Origin: Hemiscyllium ocellatum
Lineage: Eukaryota
Assembly (NCBI RefSeq): GCF_020745735.1
Contig: NC_083416.1
Location: 40,387,131-40,451,130, forward strand
DNA: 64,000 nucleotides
Reading direction: 5' to 3'
In this document: positions 62,885 through 64,000 of the stretch, piece after piece
Numbering within the stretch: position 1 is the stretch's first letter
Layout of the letters: each line of letters starts with the position of its first letter
The notes under the pieces: model-generated
Databases searched by the model: none
The model's input: only the letters and a program-made list of their open reading frames with translations
Told to the model about the DNA's origin: nothing
Position numbers and translations under genes: made by a program

Positions 62885-63235
62885 CAAGGCTCATTGAAAC
62901 TTACAGAATACTATGCGAGTAGAAGCGACTACAGAGAGGCCTGGCTAGAGCAAATGTGGAGAACCCTTCAGGACTGAGCTTCAGAGGATTTGCTTCAGCC
63001 AAAGGATGGTGAATCTGTGGAACCCTTTGCTGCAGAAGTCTGTGGAGGTCAAGTCATTGAATGTGTTTAAAAAATGAGATAAATATATTCTTGATAAGTA
63101 AGGGGATTAAAGGTTATGAGAGAAAGCAAGAGAATGGGGAGAAAAATGTTGAGAAACATATCAGCTATGGTTGAGTGGAGGAGCAAACTGAATGGACTAT
63201 GTTGCTAATTCTGCTCCTGTACCTTCTGGTCTTAG
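62885..63235 (+). mobile_element. CR1 3' tail fragment
   Basis: LIETYRIL, QRMVNLWNPL and AATTCTGCTCCT tail. Confidence 0.75.
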
Positions 63236-63371
63236 CTCCTCATCACAATGCTTTACCAGTGCTTCAGATTGTCTTAACATTCCAGTCATTTCTTGCTTAG
63301 AAGCAATATTGTAATGTCTTACTGTGAGGACTCTATTTTTACTGTCTTAGCAGATATGCTGATCAGACCAG

Positions 63372-63515
63372 ATGGTAAAGTTGCCACAGACATACCAGAC
63401 TGTAGGGCTGGTCTCTCATTAGAGAGTGATGACTAGTAGTTGTGTAACCTGAGGGTCACCATGACCCAGGTGAGGGGAGAGGTTGACAATTTGAGTCCTT
63501 CATGGCAACCTGAGC
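63372..63515 (-). mobile_element. SINE fragment with MetaSINE-like central domain
   Basis: Minus strand TCAACCTCTCCCCTCACCTGGGTCATGGTGACCCTCAGGTTACAC..CTAGTC resembles the Meta-domain as recalled; not database-checked. Confidence 0.5.
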
Positions 63516-64000
63516 TGGTGTTGTTGGCGGAGTTATAAGATGACGTGGAGAATGAACTGTTGGTCCAGCTATTCCAGCGGGCAGATAGGTCATTGGAGCA
63601 GTGCAGACTGAAGATGTGCAACAGGATCCTGTGTAATCGCAGTTTCTGCAGAATCTTCACGAATTTCTGAGGAAATGGAGATTCCATTGGACAATTGCCC
63701 TTCTGAAAGTATCCATTAAATGTACAGAATTGGGATGATTGCACTTAATCATTACTCAGAGAAATTTAAACAATTTAAGAAGACCTTCTCCGACCCTTGG
63801 ATAATTATTTAGCTGACCCTCCAACTCAACACACAGCCTTCTGCAGCTACAAAATCCCAACAACCAATTCCATGACTAGAACAAGTCCCCAAACTCAACA
63901 CCATTCAACGGCTGCCCTCAGAACCAACACTCCCCTGGCCACACTGCTAGCTTGAATCCCTTCCAGACCCAACACCACGCTTCTTTACAGGTGGATGCTT

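Noticed and set aside
63515-63750. Coding-looking segment (DDVENELLVQLFQRADRSLEQ)
   Set aside because: In-frame stops, no splice signals and no recognisable family; left unassigned.

Overview
Eukaryotic, AT-rich, repeat-dominated DNA with no recognisable intact protein-coding gene. The repeats point to a shark (elasmobranch) intergenic or intronic region; that taxon call is inferred from HE1/V-SINEs with (AATCT)n tails, HER1/CR1 LINEs and a SacSINE1-like DeuSINE. The window opens in a 30-bp minisatellite. It then holds nested transposon relics: CR1, L2, RTE and Tx1 LINEs, three SINE superfamilies, solo LTRs with 4-bp TSDs, fossil two-ORF Harbinger DNA transposons, and many Penelope-like element (PLE) pieces. 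The strongest signal is about a dozen minimal hammerhead-ribozyme motifs (CUGANGA-N-stemII-GAAA-NN-UH, with a palindromic tetramer replacing stem III). They sit in PLE pseudo-LTRs and in 150-220 bp non-coding fold-back mini-elements, several of which have their own 14-16 bp TSDs. At least five cores are intact; most of the rest are inactivated at CpG positions. Weaker signals are two candidate exons, a possible recursive or 3-nt-microexon splice site and several CNE-like islands. Family names come from motif recognition only, with no database search, and boundaries of old relics are approximate.
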